Below are positions 9,824 to 19,216 of a stretch of 64,000 bases of DNA, piece by piece. Source of the DNA: Candidatus Hecatella orcuttiae (lineage in GTDB: Archaea; Thermoproteota; Bathyarchaeia; Hecatellales; Hecatellaceae); assembly GCA_002011035.2 (NCBI GenBank), contig MTLY02000003.1, positions 128,001-192,000 on the forward strand. The letters run 5' to 3'. Below the pieces are notes generated by a model. The model saw only the letters and a list, made by a program, of their open reading frames with translations, did no database searches and was not told where the DNA came from. Both the position numbers and the translations under genes were made by a program. Every line of letters begins with the position of its first letter. The stretch's first letter is position 1.

Positions 9824-10591
9824 TCAGCCGACGATTGTAGGGATCTTTACATAAATCCGCGTAAAAACGATGAAAAATAGGGCTAAAACCGCGAGTCCTA
9901 AGGCCGCTAGGTCGGTTCTCCTGAATTTTAAGCTATACAGGCTTGTCCTCTGTTTTTTCACCCCGTAGCCTCTAGACTCCATGGCTTCAGCCAGTTCCAT
10001 GCTTCTTCTCAGAGAATTGGCAACCAAAGGAATTAGGATGGGCAAATAGTTTTTCGCTCTTCGAAGAAGGTTACGGCCTTCTAGCTCAAGGCCTCTGGAA
10101 CGCTGCGCGTCGGCTATGGACCTAGCTTCAGCGGCCAAGACGGGAACAAACCTCATGGCCATGGTCAAGGCGAAACTCACGTCAAAAGGGATGCGGGCTT
10201 TCTGGACAGCTAGGCTGAAATCATCCGGAGCTGTGGTGAGGAAGAAGATGGAGAAGGAGGAAATCAGAATTAAGAACCTCAAAGCCATGGCTATGGAGAA
10301 ATCCAAAGGCCTGCCTGTTACGCCGACGACGGAAAAGAAAAAGTTTAAAGCAAAAATGACGGCGGCGAAGACGGAGGCTCCTTTCAAGACGGTTAGCCAT
10401 TCCTTAGTTATCCTACCCACGACGGTTAGAGGCAGCATGGAAGCCAAAATCACCAGCAGGGGAAGAGTCTTACCTAAAACCAACGCTCCGACCACGTTCA
10501 CGCAGGCGAGGAAGAATTTCACCCTAGGGTCTAACCTGTGGAGGAGGGTGAAGCCTTTTTTGAACTTAAAGCTTTTATAATGTATCATCAA
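9824..10591 (-). CDS. ecfT: ECF transporter transmembrane T component
   Basis: LHRLDPRVK, MRFVP, AQRSRG and AMESRGY motifs. Confidence 0.9.
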   Translation of the reverse strand: MMIHYKSFKFKKGFTLLHRLDPRVKFFLACVNVVGALVLGKTLPLLVILASMLPLTVVGRITKEWLTVLKGASVFAAVIFALNFFFSVVGVTGRPLDFSIAMALRFLILISSFSIFFLTTAPDDFSLAVQKARIPFDVSFALTMAMRFVPVLAAEARSIADAQRSRGLELEGRNLLRRAKNYLPILIPLVANSLRRSMELAEAMESRGYGVKKQRTSLYSLKFRRTDLAALGLAVLALFFIVFTRIYVKIPTIVG

Positions 10592-11415
10592 CCTCGCTTA
10601 AGCCTCCGGAGGTTTTCCATCAGCAATTCGCTTGCTTCCTCCACCCCGAAAACAGCCTTGGGGAAACCCAAGCGCGAGAGAGGGTCGAAGACCTCGACCA
10701 GTTGGGGGAGGGTCAGTGCGCCTTTCTTAATCAGCTCCCTGTCGGTCAGAACCTCTTCCACCGGGCCTGAGGCGATAACCCTGCCTGCTGCCATTAGTAG
10801 AATTTTGCAGCTGCATTCGGCCACAAATTCCACATCGTGGGTGACGACCACCACAGTTCTGCCCTCTCGGCTTATTTCTGACAAAAACTTTCTGAGGTTT
10901 GATTTCTGCTCGTAATCTTGGCCGATGGTAGGTTCGTCTATGATCAAATACTTCGGATCCCAAGCGAGGACGCTGGCTAGGGCGACTCTTTTCTTTTCCC
11001 CGCCGCTGAGAGTGAGAGGGGAAGCCTGCCTGTACTCTTCCAAGCTGAGAAGCCTCAGCACTTGGTCGGTTCTCTCCTCAATTTCCGCCCGGTTGAAGCC
11101 GAAGTTTTTCAAGGCGAAGGCTATTTCATCCTCCACGGTTTCGCTGAAAAGCTGGTGATCTGGGTTTTGGAAGACAAGGCCTACTTTTCTTGAAAGTTCC
11201 GCCACCGTCGCGCTTCCTGTATCCACGTCGTCGACCAAAACCCTTCCTTGGGTCGGCTTTAAGAGGCCGTTGAAATGTTTTATCAAGGTTGTTTTCCCAG
11301 CGCCGTTCTCCCCCATGACAGCTAGGAAATCCCCCTCCCTGACTTCAAGGGTGACATCCTTGAGCACTTCCACGCCCGGCAGATAGGAGAAAGAAACTTT
11401 CTCCAGCCGAATCAC
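10588..11415 (-). CDS. ecfA2: ECF transporter ATPase
   Basis: GENGAGKTT, FQNPDHQLF, LSGGEK, DEPT; overlaps both neighbours by 4 bp. Confidence 0.88.
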   Translation of the reverse strand: MIRLEKVSFSYLPGVEVLKDVTLEVREGDFLAVMGENGAGKTTLIKHFNGLLKPTQGRVLVDDVDTGSATVAELSRKVGLVFQNPDHQLFSETVEDEIAFALKNFGFNRAEIEERTDQVLRLLSLEEYRQASPLTLSGGEKKRVALASVLAWDPKYLIIDEPTIGQDYEQKSNLRKFLSEISREGRTVVVVTHDVEFVAECSCKILLMAAGRVIASGPVEEVLTDRELIKKGALTLPQLVEVFDPLSRLGFPKAVFGVEEASELLMENLRRLKRG

Positions 11416-12251
11416 CGGTTCAACGCCTCCATGAGCTTGGCTGAAAACTCCTCAGGAGAGAGGGAAACAGGCGGAGGGATGAGGTTTTTTTCAGCCAGCA
11501 GCCTATGAAGCTCGGCAACCTTTGGAATTCCTATTCCCCTCAGCTTTTCAGCCGCTCCGCTTAGAATTTCTCGAGGGTCTCCGTCCGCTAAGATGCCGCC
11601 CTTCTCCATAACCACCATCCGGCTGGCGTGTTTAAGGGCCATTTCTAGGCGGTGTTCCACCATCAGAACAGTGATGCCTAATTCTCGGTTGAGCTTGGCG
11701 ACGGTTTCCATGATGCTCTTAGCTGAAGCAGGGTCGAGGAAGGAAGTAGGCTCGTCGAACACCATCACAGAGGGCCTCATCGCCAAAACGCAGGCTATAG
11801 CTGCCTTCTGCTGTTCCCCCCCTGAAAGCTCATGGGGAGCTGAATCTTTCAACTTCCCAATGCCCACAGCCTCCAAGGCCCAGTCAATCCTCCGACGAAT
11901 TTCGGCGGGAGGAAGACCTAAATTTTCCAGCCCGAAGGCTACATCCCTCTCCACCGTAAGGGAGAAAAGCTGGTTTTCGGGATTCTGAAAAACTAAACCC
12001 ACATGCTGCGCCAGCTCCCGGGTGGGGTGGCTGAGAACGTCCAGCTGTGCCACCTGAATTTTTCCGCTGAGGTCTCCTCCGTAAAAGTGAGGTATAAGCC
12101 CGTTGAGACATCGGCATAAAGTCGTCTTCCCGCAGCCTGAAGGCCCGGCTAAGACGACGAATTCCCCTTTCCGAATTTGCAGATTCACATCTTTAAGCGC
12201 CGGCTTCCCAGCTTCAGGATAGGTGTAGACCAGCTCTTCGATTTCTATCAT
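11412..12251 (-). CDS. ecfA1: ECF transporter ATPase
   Basis: GPSGCGKTT, FQNPENQ, LSGGEQQ, DEPTSFLD. Confidence 0.88.
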   Translation of the reverse strand: MIEIEELVYTYPEAGKPALKDVNLQIRKGEFVVLAGPSGCGKTTLCRCLNGLIPHFYGGDLSGKIQVAQLDVLSHPTRELAQHVGLVFQNPENQLFSLTVERDVAFGLENLGLPPAEIRRRIDWALEAVGIGKLKDSAPHELSGGEQQKAAIACVLAMRPSVMVFDEPTSFLDPASAKSIMETVAKLNRELGITVLMVEHRLEMALKHASRMVVMEKGGILADGDPREILSGAAEKLRGIGIPKVAELHRLLAEKNLIPPPVSLSPEEFSAKLMEALNR

Positions 12252-12308
12252 GACTGCAGCCGAACCTAGGTCTCCAGTGATCCATTAAAACGTAGCTACC
12301 ATAAAATG

Positions 12309-13325
12309 TTAACCAACCTGGGCTTTGATGAGTTTAACCGCCTCAAAGAGAATCTGGTTTAGGTCTCCTTGGCAGTTGACACCGGCCGACGTGGGGTGTC
12401 CTCCCCCCGTCCCTGAGAAAACCTCCCCCACCATCATCGCCACATCCCTCCCCAAGTGTATGCCGGTTTCCTCGTAGAAGTCGGGAGTTGACCTGAGGCT
12501 AACTCTAACTTGGCCCTTTTTCTCTCCCCCAACCACCGCCACATGGCATCCTAACGTGAGAAGCCCTCGGGCTGCTGAAGCCTGATGAGAGTTCACATTG
12601 GAAACCGCCAGCAACCATTCGTTCAATTTGTGAATTTGAAGCCGCTCCGCCGCCTTTAACCTTGCAATTCTCTCCGACCGGGACATGGGTTTATACATGG
12701 CTGCGAGAGCTTTTTCGACATGAATACCCTTACCCACCAGCTCCGCCAAAATTCGGAAAGTCTGGGCTGTAGCATAGCGGAAAGCCTTTGTTTCATAGGC
12801 TATTCCGAAGAAGAGCCCCAAGGCCTCCTTCTTGGAAAGACGGAGGCCAGCTTGGCGGCAGAGTCTGTAGACTATTTCGCATGCGGATTTGGCTTTTCCG
12901 TCGACCAGCATGAGAGAAGCCAGCTTCCTTGTGTTGGGATGAACGGTGTGGTGATCCACCAAAATTAGGGGTTTTCCGCTGCGCTCCACCTTCGCTCCCC
13001 ATTCATCCAACTGCCCCATGGTGCTCGTATCCACGAGAACTAGAAGATCCGCTTCCTTCAACTTGGGAAAATCAACTAACTTAACTGGCACATGTTTCAT
13101 CAAAAGCTTGGACATGTCGCTGGGGCCTTGGACAGCGAAAATATCAGCGCGAAGTCCCGGCCTAAGCCTCCTTAAAAGCTTTGAAAAAACGAAGGAAGCA
13201 AACAAGGCATCAGGGTCAGCGTTATGGTGGCATAAGATGAGAGCTCTTTGAAAAAATTTTCTTCTTAAAAAGATCTTTAAAACCTTAAGCCGCAATACCT
13301 TTTGCTTAGCTAAGAAGGAAAACAT
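12309..13325 (-). CDS. DHH-family phosphoesterase with DHHA1 domain
   Basis: HHNADPDA, VDT, DHH, GGGHPTSAG; conserved position after pfdB. Confidence 0.88.
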   Translation of the reverse strand: MFSFLAKQKVLRLKVLKIFLRRKFFQRALILCHHNADPDALFASFVFSKLLRRLRPGLRADIFAVQGPSDMSKLLMKHVPVKLVDFPKLKEADLLVLVDTSTMGQLDEWGAKVERSGKPLILVDHHTVHPNTRKLASLMLVDGKAKSACEIVYRLCRQAGLRLSKKEALGLFFGIAYETKAFRYATAQTFRILAELVGKGIHVEKALAAMYKPMSRSERIARLKAAERLQIHKLNEWLLAVSNVNSHQASAARGLLTLGCHVAVVGGEKKGQVRVSLRSTPDFYEETGIHLGRDVAMMVGEVFSGTGGGHPTSAGVNCQGDLNQILFEAVKLIKAQVG

Positions 13326-13385
13326 CTACCCTACCCTGAGGCTAAAGCTTGTTCTACAACGTAGCAGGCTTGTAGTTTCCTTGAG

Positions 13386-13754
13386 TCAACTGGGTGGAGC
13401 TGTTTTCAGCCTTGTTTGAAGCTGCTGTTGGACTTCTCTTAGTTTCTCCCGGGTTTTTTCTTCCTGTTTACCGAGGACGTTAGCCCGGACATTGAGAAGC
13501 TCCTTTTTCTCCGTGAGGTCTTTCGTGATCGACGACTTGTCTTTTTTGACAAGGATGGAGCCTATGGACTTGTAAACGGAGGCATCGTCAGACATGGACT
13601 GCAGCTCTTCCAAAGCTCGATTGGTGTCGGTGAGCTCCATCTCCACCTGCTGTTTTTGGGCGACGATAACCTGCAAAGTCTGCTGAAGCTGCTGCAGCCT
13701 TGCCAGTTGTTCTTGGAGGTTTGCGGGAAGCTCGGAAGTTTCTTCTCCCATCAA
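13386..13754 (-). CDS. pfdB: Prefoldin beta subunit
   Basis: Coiled coils flanking the VYKSIGSILVK hairpin. Confidence 0.93.
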   Translation of the reverse strand: MMGEETSELPANLQEQLARLQQLQQTLQVIVAQKQQVEMELTDTNRALEELQSMSDDASVYKSIGSILVKKDKSSITKDLTEKKELLNVRANVLGKQEEKTREKLREVQQQLQTRLKTAPPS

Positions 13755-13818
13755 CTACCACTTATCCCTTCATCCAACACTCTATGACAGTTAAATAAGA
13801 TTTACTCTTTAATAACAT

Positions 13819-14121
13819 TTAGCAGCCGGCTTCTGTTAAACTGTTCTCCCTTAAACGTCTTGGAGTGGAAACCTCATCCAAGACGGCGATGATGCTGTTC
13901 AGCTGCGAGAACCACCGGCAAAAAGAGTTCACAGCAGCTCTGAGAGAGGTTATCCCGGAGGCATGAAAATCCATCACAAGGAGCTTCCCCCTAACTTTAA
14001 CCTTCACCCTAGACCTAGCGCTTGGGGTTGTCCCTGTTTCAGGCTTCAACGCCTCATAGATCACCCTAGCTTTTCTTTCGCTGGGAAGACTGACAGTTAT
14101 GAGAACCCCGGCTTTACTCAA
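13819..14121 (-). CDS. pcc1: KEOPS complex subunit Pcc1
   Basis: ALKPE...RSRV...SLRAAVNSFCRW; lies between Brix and pfdB. Confidence 0.88.
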   Translation of the reverse strand: MSKAGVLITVSLPSERKARVIYEALKPETGTTPSARSRVKVKVRGKLLVMDFHASGITSLRAAVNSFCRWFSQLNSIIAVLDEVSTPRRLRENSLTEAGC

Positions 14122-14744
14122 GCATCTTCTCTCCCATTTTCAAAATTGTTAACAGTATCGCCCCATTCGATCCCGCGCAGGGATATAAAGGGGCCGATCT
14201 CCTTGAATCCGTTGATGGATGAGTAAAAAGTAATCCCGCGTAGGAAAGTTTTCTCCTCCAACAGCTTCATGTAAGCCCAGTTATTTTTTAATCCTTCTCC
14301 AGGAGAGAGGGGGACCGCTCCGAAGATTTTACTTAACACGTGTGCAAGTTTCTGCCCTTCTGGGGTGGAAGCCTTGAAAACTCCCAATCTACTGATTCTC
14401 TTTCTAGACTTTCTCCACGTTATGTCGAATTCTCTTTGCAGCCGTACTCCTTTAATGTAGAGGACCGGTGGAATCTGAGTCAGCGTCCCCCCTTCGGTTT
14501 TGTAGAAATCTATTCTCCCAGGGCCTCCCGCCCATCTGCCTAGGATCATTACGTACTTCACACCCATCTCCTCAGCTGTTTCCGCCAATCCTGAAAGACT
14601 CATCTTACCCCTGTTCACTCTATATGAGCGAGGGGACACTGTGTGAAGGTCCCTCATCAGAGTTCTCATGGATCTGGTGGGTTCTCTTGAGCTGGTGATC
14701 AGCAGATGATAAGATGAACCCCTTACATATGTGAAGGTATCCAT
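14118..14744 (-). CDS. Brix-domain ribosome biogenesis protein (Imp4-like)
   Basis: ITSSREPT...RVNRGKMSL, GGPG, EIGP; conserved synteny. Confidence 0.85.
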   Translation of the reverse strand: MDTFTYVRGSSYHLLITSSREPTRSMRTLMRDLHTVSPRSYRVNRGKMSLSGLAETAEEMGVKYVMILGRWAGGPGRIDFYKTEGGTLTQIPPVLYIKGVRLQREFDITWRKSRKRISRLGVFKASTPEGQKLAHVLSKIFGAVPLSPGEGLKNNWAYMKLLEEKTFLRGITFYSSINGFKEIGPFISLRGIEWGDTVNNFENGREDA

Positions 14745-14790
14745 GTTCAGTCACTGAATGTCAACGCCGAAAACTTTTGGGAAGCCCCAG

Positions 14791-15081
14791 TCAAAACAGT
14801 TCTTTTTCTCGAAGTCTTTGCTGGAGCTTTCCCCTCACCTTGATCCCTTGCACAACTTCTTCAGGCTGAGTTTCAAAGCGAGAAGTGGTCCTTTTAAAAG
14901 TTAATCCGCAGAACCCGTTGGACAGAAGTTTGTTTCTAACACAGAGGGCGTATTTGCAGCTGGCTCCTTCACAGAGGTCGTCTGCAAATCTGCAGTAGAC
15001 GTTGCCAGACCTGTACTGGATCGCTTTTTGGCCGCATTTGAACAGATCGCAGGTGGGGGAGCATTTTTTAGCTTCATTCAA
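14791..15081 (-). CDS. Cys-rich putative zinc-binding protein
   Basis: Eight Cys (CSPTC, FKC, VYC, DLC, ASC, ALC, GFC); GGAGG upstream of the TTG. Confidence 0.7.
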   Translation of the reverse strand: MNEAKKCSPTCDLFKCGQKAIQYRSGNVYCRFADDLCEGASCKYALCVRNKLLSNGFCGLTFKRTTSRFETQPEEVVQGIKVRGKLQQRLREKELF

Positions 15082-15295
15082 ACCTAAAAACCTCCAACTG
15101 AAAACTCGGAAAGAACAATCGAAGCCTTCAGAGATCTGCTGAAAAATAGTTGGAAATCTTGATATTTTAACATTTTGGTCTTTCCCGGTTGAGGACGCCT
15201 CTTGGTTTGAAAGGAAGTTTTTAAACGGATGAAATAGTAGCTGGGAATGTCAGACTTTTAAAGACTTTTAATGATCGAGGATTTTGCAGAGCTAC

Positions 15296-15310
15296 GGAAA
15301 ACTTATAAAG
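15296..15310 (+). promoter_or_regulatory. Putative BRE/TATA promoter of the ATPase membrane-sector operon
   Basis: GGAAAA-CTTATAAA about 40-60 bp before the candidate starts; tandem AGACTTTTAA x2 at 15252-15271 upstream. Confidence 0.45.
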
Positions 15311-15346
15311 ACTTTGGAAGAATCAGCCTAAACGTAAAAGCTTACT

Positions 15347-17815
15347 TTGGGATTGGCGTTGCTGCGCACTATGCGGATGGCGAGGATCGAGGTAGTAGCA
15401 CCAGCGGATAAAACCGATTTCATAATTCGAGATGTAGGAAGACTCGGCATCGCCCATTTCATCAACATCACCCAAACTAAAAAGAGAAAATACGAGGAGT
15501 TAACTGAAGAATTCAGGCATACTTCTAGGGAAGACCTTCTGCTGCAGCTTTCAAACCGTATACATAACACCATGAAAAAGCTTACCAGCGCACCTTACCC
15601 CAAGCCTCTCCCAGTCGGAAAGGACGTAGACGAGGTTTTAAAGAAGATAGAAGGCGAAATAGCCTGTCTCGAGCTGGAATGGGCTAAAATCGACAACCTT
15701 ATGAAAGAAGTGACGGAGGAGAAAGCTTCCCTAGAAAAGGATCTAACCCAGTTCTACGAGGAGCTGGAGGCCGTTAAAAAACAGCTGGAAGAATTCGGTG
15801 TTAGCGTCCACCATCTCCAAGCATTGAAAAAGGAGAGTCTGGCTGACCGGGACAAGATAAGACGCCTGCATGAGCGGCTGTTGGAGGCTCAAAAAGCCTT
15901 AGCCCTGTTAGAGATGGCGGCAAAGCTGAGCGCACCTCATGAAAAACTTCCCAACGATGAAGCTGAACTTAAAAAGCTTAGAGAAGAGCTCCGGAAAGCT
16001 CTTGAACTCCACAGGCGGGTTGAAGAAAGCCTTCCCGCAGCCAAGGGAGAGATGGATAGAATCGAAGAGATCCTCCAAGGGACTAAGGAAGCTGTTGAAA
16101 AGAAAATCGAAGCAGTTGAAAAATTTAGGGAGGTTCAAGCTGAAGTAAGTCAACTTAAAAAGCTGGTAGAAGAGCTTGAGGCTTTAAACCCCGAAGCATT
16201 GGCGTTGACGGGAGAGGCTTTCACGCGGGTTCTCAGGGAGACAGTGGAGGTTCTTGATGTTCTCAAAGACATGCACCTAGGTTCCCTCGGCATTGAGGAT
16301 ACCATGCAGAAGGTGTCGAAAATCTCCTACGAAGTTCTGAAGAGCTACGAGGTTTTAGAGAACGCTGAAAAGTTTCTTTCTCTTCAAACTGTGAAAAACC
16401 TGATAGACCATGTTAAGGAAGCTGAATCCGCTGAGGTGGAGGGCCTGCTAGAGAAGGCTAGGGAACTGCTTGAAAGTACATCCATGAAGCATCTAGGAAT
16501 CTTGGAGAAAGCCTTGGAGATCCGTCACCTCGAACATCGAATTGATAGGCTTTCGCAGGAGCCGGCTAGGTTGTTAGAGCGGCTGGAAGAGGTGGCTAAA
16601 GGAGCCTCAGTCATTCATGCCTACAGGGAGATTGTGGACATTGAGCTGAGAATCGAGGAGCTTAAGCAGAATTTCAGGAGAACAGGGAAAACCGCTGTGT
16701 TCGAGGTTTGGGTTAAAAACGTGGACAGGGAAAAAGCCTTAGAAGCCATCAGAAGAAGCTGCCCTGAAGCCGTGGTCAACGTAACTGGAGAGGAGCTGGG
16801 AGACAAACCTCCCACCTTCATGAAAAACCCCCGGATAGCCGCTTGCTATGAGAAGCTTGTGGCAGCCTTCGGCCTTCCTAACTATCATGAAATCGATCCC
16901 ACGATTATCACGCTGTTCTCTTTCCCCATCATCTTCGGCTTGATGTTCGGGGACATGGGGCAGGGGCTAATTCTCATCGTCGGAGGTCTTCTCATAAAAA
17001 AGGTGTTCGACAGGTTCAAGCTTTCAGGGGACCTATGGGACCCCATCTATCAGGGGAGATTCCTCATAATCAGCTGCGGGATCACAGCCACCTTTTTCGG
17101 CTTCCTCTACGGCGAGTTCTTCGGTCCCACCACCGCCGGCCATGAATATGAGTGGTATACCATGCTCACCGGGTTGAAGGAAGGCCCTTGGTTCAGCCCC
17201 ATCGACCCCCACAAAGGAGGGCCTGTCATGCTGCTGAAGGTAGCCTTAGTGGTGGGCATGATTCACATATCCTTTGGAATAATCCTCGACATCATCAACA
17301 AGCTTTCCCGGAGGGAGTTTAGAAAGAGTCTCGCTCCAGTTTCATGGCTTTGGTTCTACCTCAGCCTCAGCTACCTGATGCTGTCGGTGTTGTTCTTCGG
17401 CCAGAGGATTGAAAACATTCTGCTTGATCTTCAGAATATTGTTCCCTTCTTCGTCGTGCCTTTCATAGGAATGTTCGTTCTTCACAGGTTCTCGGAAAGC
17501 GCCATGGACGCCTTCTCCGAAATGGTGAGCAAAGCCATCGAGTCCATTTCTAACACCTTTTCCTACGGCCGAATTCTAGCCTTAGGCATCGCCCACGCGG
17601 TGTTCAGCGAAATCGCCCTCATAGGCTCTGGGGCGATGTTCTGGCCTGTGTTCATCATGGTCACAATCTTCATGATAATAGCCTTGGAGGGGATCATAAC
17701 CTTCGCCCACACCCTGAGGCTTCACTGGGTAGAATGGTTCAGCAAATACTACAAGGGGGATGGAGTGCCTTTTGAAGGATTCATCATCCAAAGAAGATTC
17801 ACAGCGCCGGCATAG
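15347..17815 (+). CDS. atpI: A/V-type ATP synthase subunit I (a) with a long coiled-coil soluble domain
   Basis: PPT..KNP, PNYHEIDPT, FGLMFGDMGQG, SNTFSYGRILAL (essential Arg), LRLHWVEWFSKYY. Confidence 0.93.
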   Translation: MGLALLRTMRMARIEVVAPADKTDFIIRDVGRLGIAHFINITQTKKRKYEELTEEFRHTSREDLLLQLSNRIHNTMKKLTSAPYPKPLPVGKDVDEVLKKIEGEIACLELEWAKIDNLMKEVTEEKASLEKDLTQFYEELEAVKKQLEEFGVSVHHLQALKKESLADRDKIRRLHERLLEAQKALALLEMAAKLSAPHEKLPNDEAELKKLREELRKALELHRRVEESLPAAKGEMDRIEEILQGTKEAVEKKIEAVEKFREVQAEVSQLKKLVEELEALNPEALALTGEAFTRVLRETVEVLDVLKDMHLGSLGIEDTMQKVSKISYEVLKSYEVLENAEKFLSLQTVKNLIDHVKEAESAEVEGLLEKARELLESTSMKHLGILEKALEIRHLEHRIDRLSQEPARLLERLEEVAKGASVIHAYREIVDIELRIEELKQNFRRTGKTAVFEVWVKNVDREKALEAIRRSCPEAVVNVTGEELGDKPPTFMKNPRIAACYEKLVAAFGLPNYHEIDPTIITLFSFPIIFGLMFGDMGQGLILIVGGLLIKKVFDRFKLSGDLWDPIYQGRFLIISCGITATFFGFLYGEFFGPTTAGHEYEWYTMLTGLKEGPWFSPIDPHKGGPVMLLKVALVVGMIHISFGIILDIINKLSRREFRKSLAPVSWLWFYLSLSYLMLSVLFFGQRIENILLDLQNIVPFFVVPFIGMFVLHRFSESAMDAFSEMVSKAIESISNTFSYGRILALGIAHAVFSEIALIGSGAMFWPVFIMVTIFMIIALEGIITFAHTLRLHWVEWFSKYYKGDGVPFEGFIIQRRFTAPA

Positions 17816-18071
17816 GTTTCTCAGCCTAAAGCCGGCTGAGCTCCGAGGTTACTCCATAAAGAGGGTTTTACTCTTCGGCCTCATCCCTCCTGCTTTCGTC
17901 CTCGCCGGGCTCTTTCTCGGCCTTTGGATTTTCACCGCTCTAGAGTTTTCCCTGTTTTACAAGCTGGTTTTCACCGTTGGCACCACTTTTGCAGGCTTCG
18001 CCTTGGGGACTTTCGTGATAGTTAAGCTTACGGATAAAATCGTCAAATTTGCCAGGGTTGGAAAAGAATGA
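17772..18071 (+). CDS. Small 2-TM protein inside the ATPase operon (AtpZ/Atp1-like); start uncertain
   Basis: Two hydrophobic Gly-rich helices; stop overlaps the ATG of subunit C (ATGA); in-frame starts only at 17760 and 17772. Confidence 0.55.
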   Translation: MKDSSSKEDSQRRHRFLSLKPAELRGYSIKRVLLFGLIPPAFVLAGLFLGLWIFTALEFSLFYKLVFTVGTTFAGFALGTFVIVKLTDKIVKFARVGKE

Positions 18072-19147
18072 AGTCAGTCTACCTATACGGAACTTTAAGC
18101 CCTAGGATTAGGGCGAGGAAGTCTTTTCTGCTGGTGAAGGGCGACTACGACGCCCTCTTGGGTGCTGAAAACGTGCAAGCTGTCCTGAGAAGGCTGGAGG
18201 GAACAGCCTACCGCCATCAAGTAGCTTCCCTTCTTCTAGAAGAATTCAATCTGAGCAAAGCTGAAGAAAGTCTCATGGAAGCCTATCGGAGGGAGATAGA
18301 CTTCATCGCCTCCCACCTGAAAACCCGGGAGGCTGCTGACTTCTTTTCTCAGCTCAGCCGCATACAGGAATTAAAATGTCTCGCAGACATTTTGAAGGCG
18401 ATCTTTCTGGAGCTGCCTTGGGATGAAGCCTCCAGCTACATTCACCCCTATGGAAGGCTGGGGGCCGCGCAGTGCAAAGCTTTGGTCGACGGGAAAAATC
18501 TTAAACAGGTTTTAAGCCTCATCTGGGAAAGGCCTTTGGCTTTGGAGGTTGAGAGGCTGGTCAAGGAGGTTGAGGATGTCTCAAGGCGGGGGCTGGAGGT
18601 GGAGATCACTGTAACAAGGTACGGGATGATGGAAGCTTGGAAGAAGTTGAACGAGGTGAAAGGGAAGGATAGATTCAGCCTTAAGCTTATGGGCTTCGTC
18701 TTGGACGCTGCGAACATCATGGCAGTGTTGAGGATGAAAAAACTAGGTTTCAAACCTGAAGAAATCGGGTGGAACCTCATTTCCGCGTATTACAGGATCT
18801 CTCGGGAGGGGTTGGAGAAGGCTTCAGCCGCCCCCACAGAGAAGGAAGCTGTAAAGGTTTTCGCATCCGGCTACTACGTAAACCAGCTTTCACCTCTCCT
18901 GAGCGCCTACGAGGTTAAAGGAGACCTGTCTATCTTTGAAACAGTCTTCAAACGTTTCCATGCCGGTGAATGTGAACGGGTTTTCATTTCACCTTTTTTC
19001 CACCTCGGAGAGGTTTTGGCTTATCTTTATCTGAAGCTTTATGAGGTTCAGGACCTCATCGCCATCCTCATCGCCAAACAGGAAGGGCTCCCCGCTGAGA
19101 AGACTAAGCCTCATCTCGTCCTCCACCAGCCGCCCTATCCGCTTTGA
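18068..19147 (+). CDS. atpC: A/V-type ATP synthase subunit C (V0 d-like)
   Basis: YLYGTLSPRIRARKSFLL, L.GTAY, D..NI..VLR.K, LAYLYLKLYEVQDL. Confidence 0.88.
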   Translation: MKSVYLYGTLSPRIRARKSFLLVKGDYDALLGAENVQAVLRRLEGTAYRHQVASLLLEEFNLSKAEESLMEAYRREIDFIASHLKTREAADFFSQLSRIQELKCLADILKAIFLELPWDEASSYIHPYGRLGAAQCKALVDGKNLKQVLSLIWERPLALEVERLVKEVEDVSRRGLEVEITVTRYGMMEAWKKLNEVKGKDRFSLKLMGFVLDAANIMAVLRMKKLGFKPEEIGWNLISAYYRISREGLEKASAAPTEKEAVKVFASGYYVNQLSPLLSAYEVKGDLSIFETVFKRFHAGECERVFISPFFHLGEVLAYLYLKLYEVQDLIAILIAKQEGLPAEKTKPHLVLHQPPYPL

Positions 19148-19216
19148 TTCGGAGCCTCTCCTACCAAAAGAGTTTTAAATTCAATGAATTAATCTTGAAC
19201 ATCCCACATAGGGCAG

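Noticed and set aside
9824-12251. ECF module lacking a substrate-binding S component
   Set aside because: Ordinary for group II ECF transporters, which share S components encoded elsewhere
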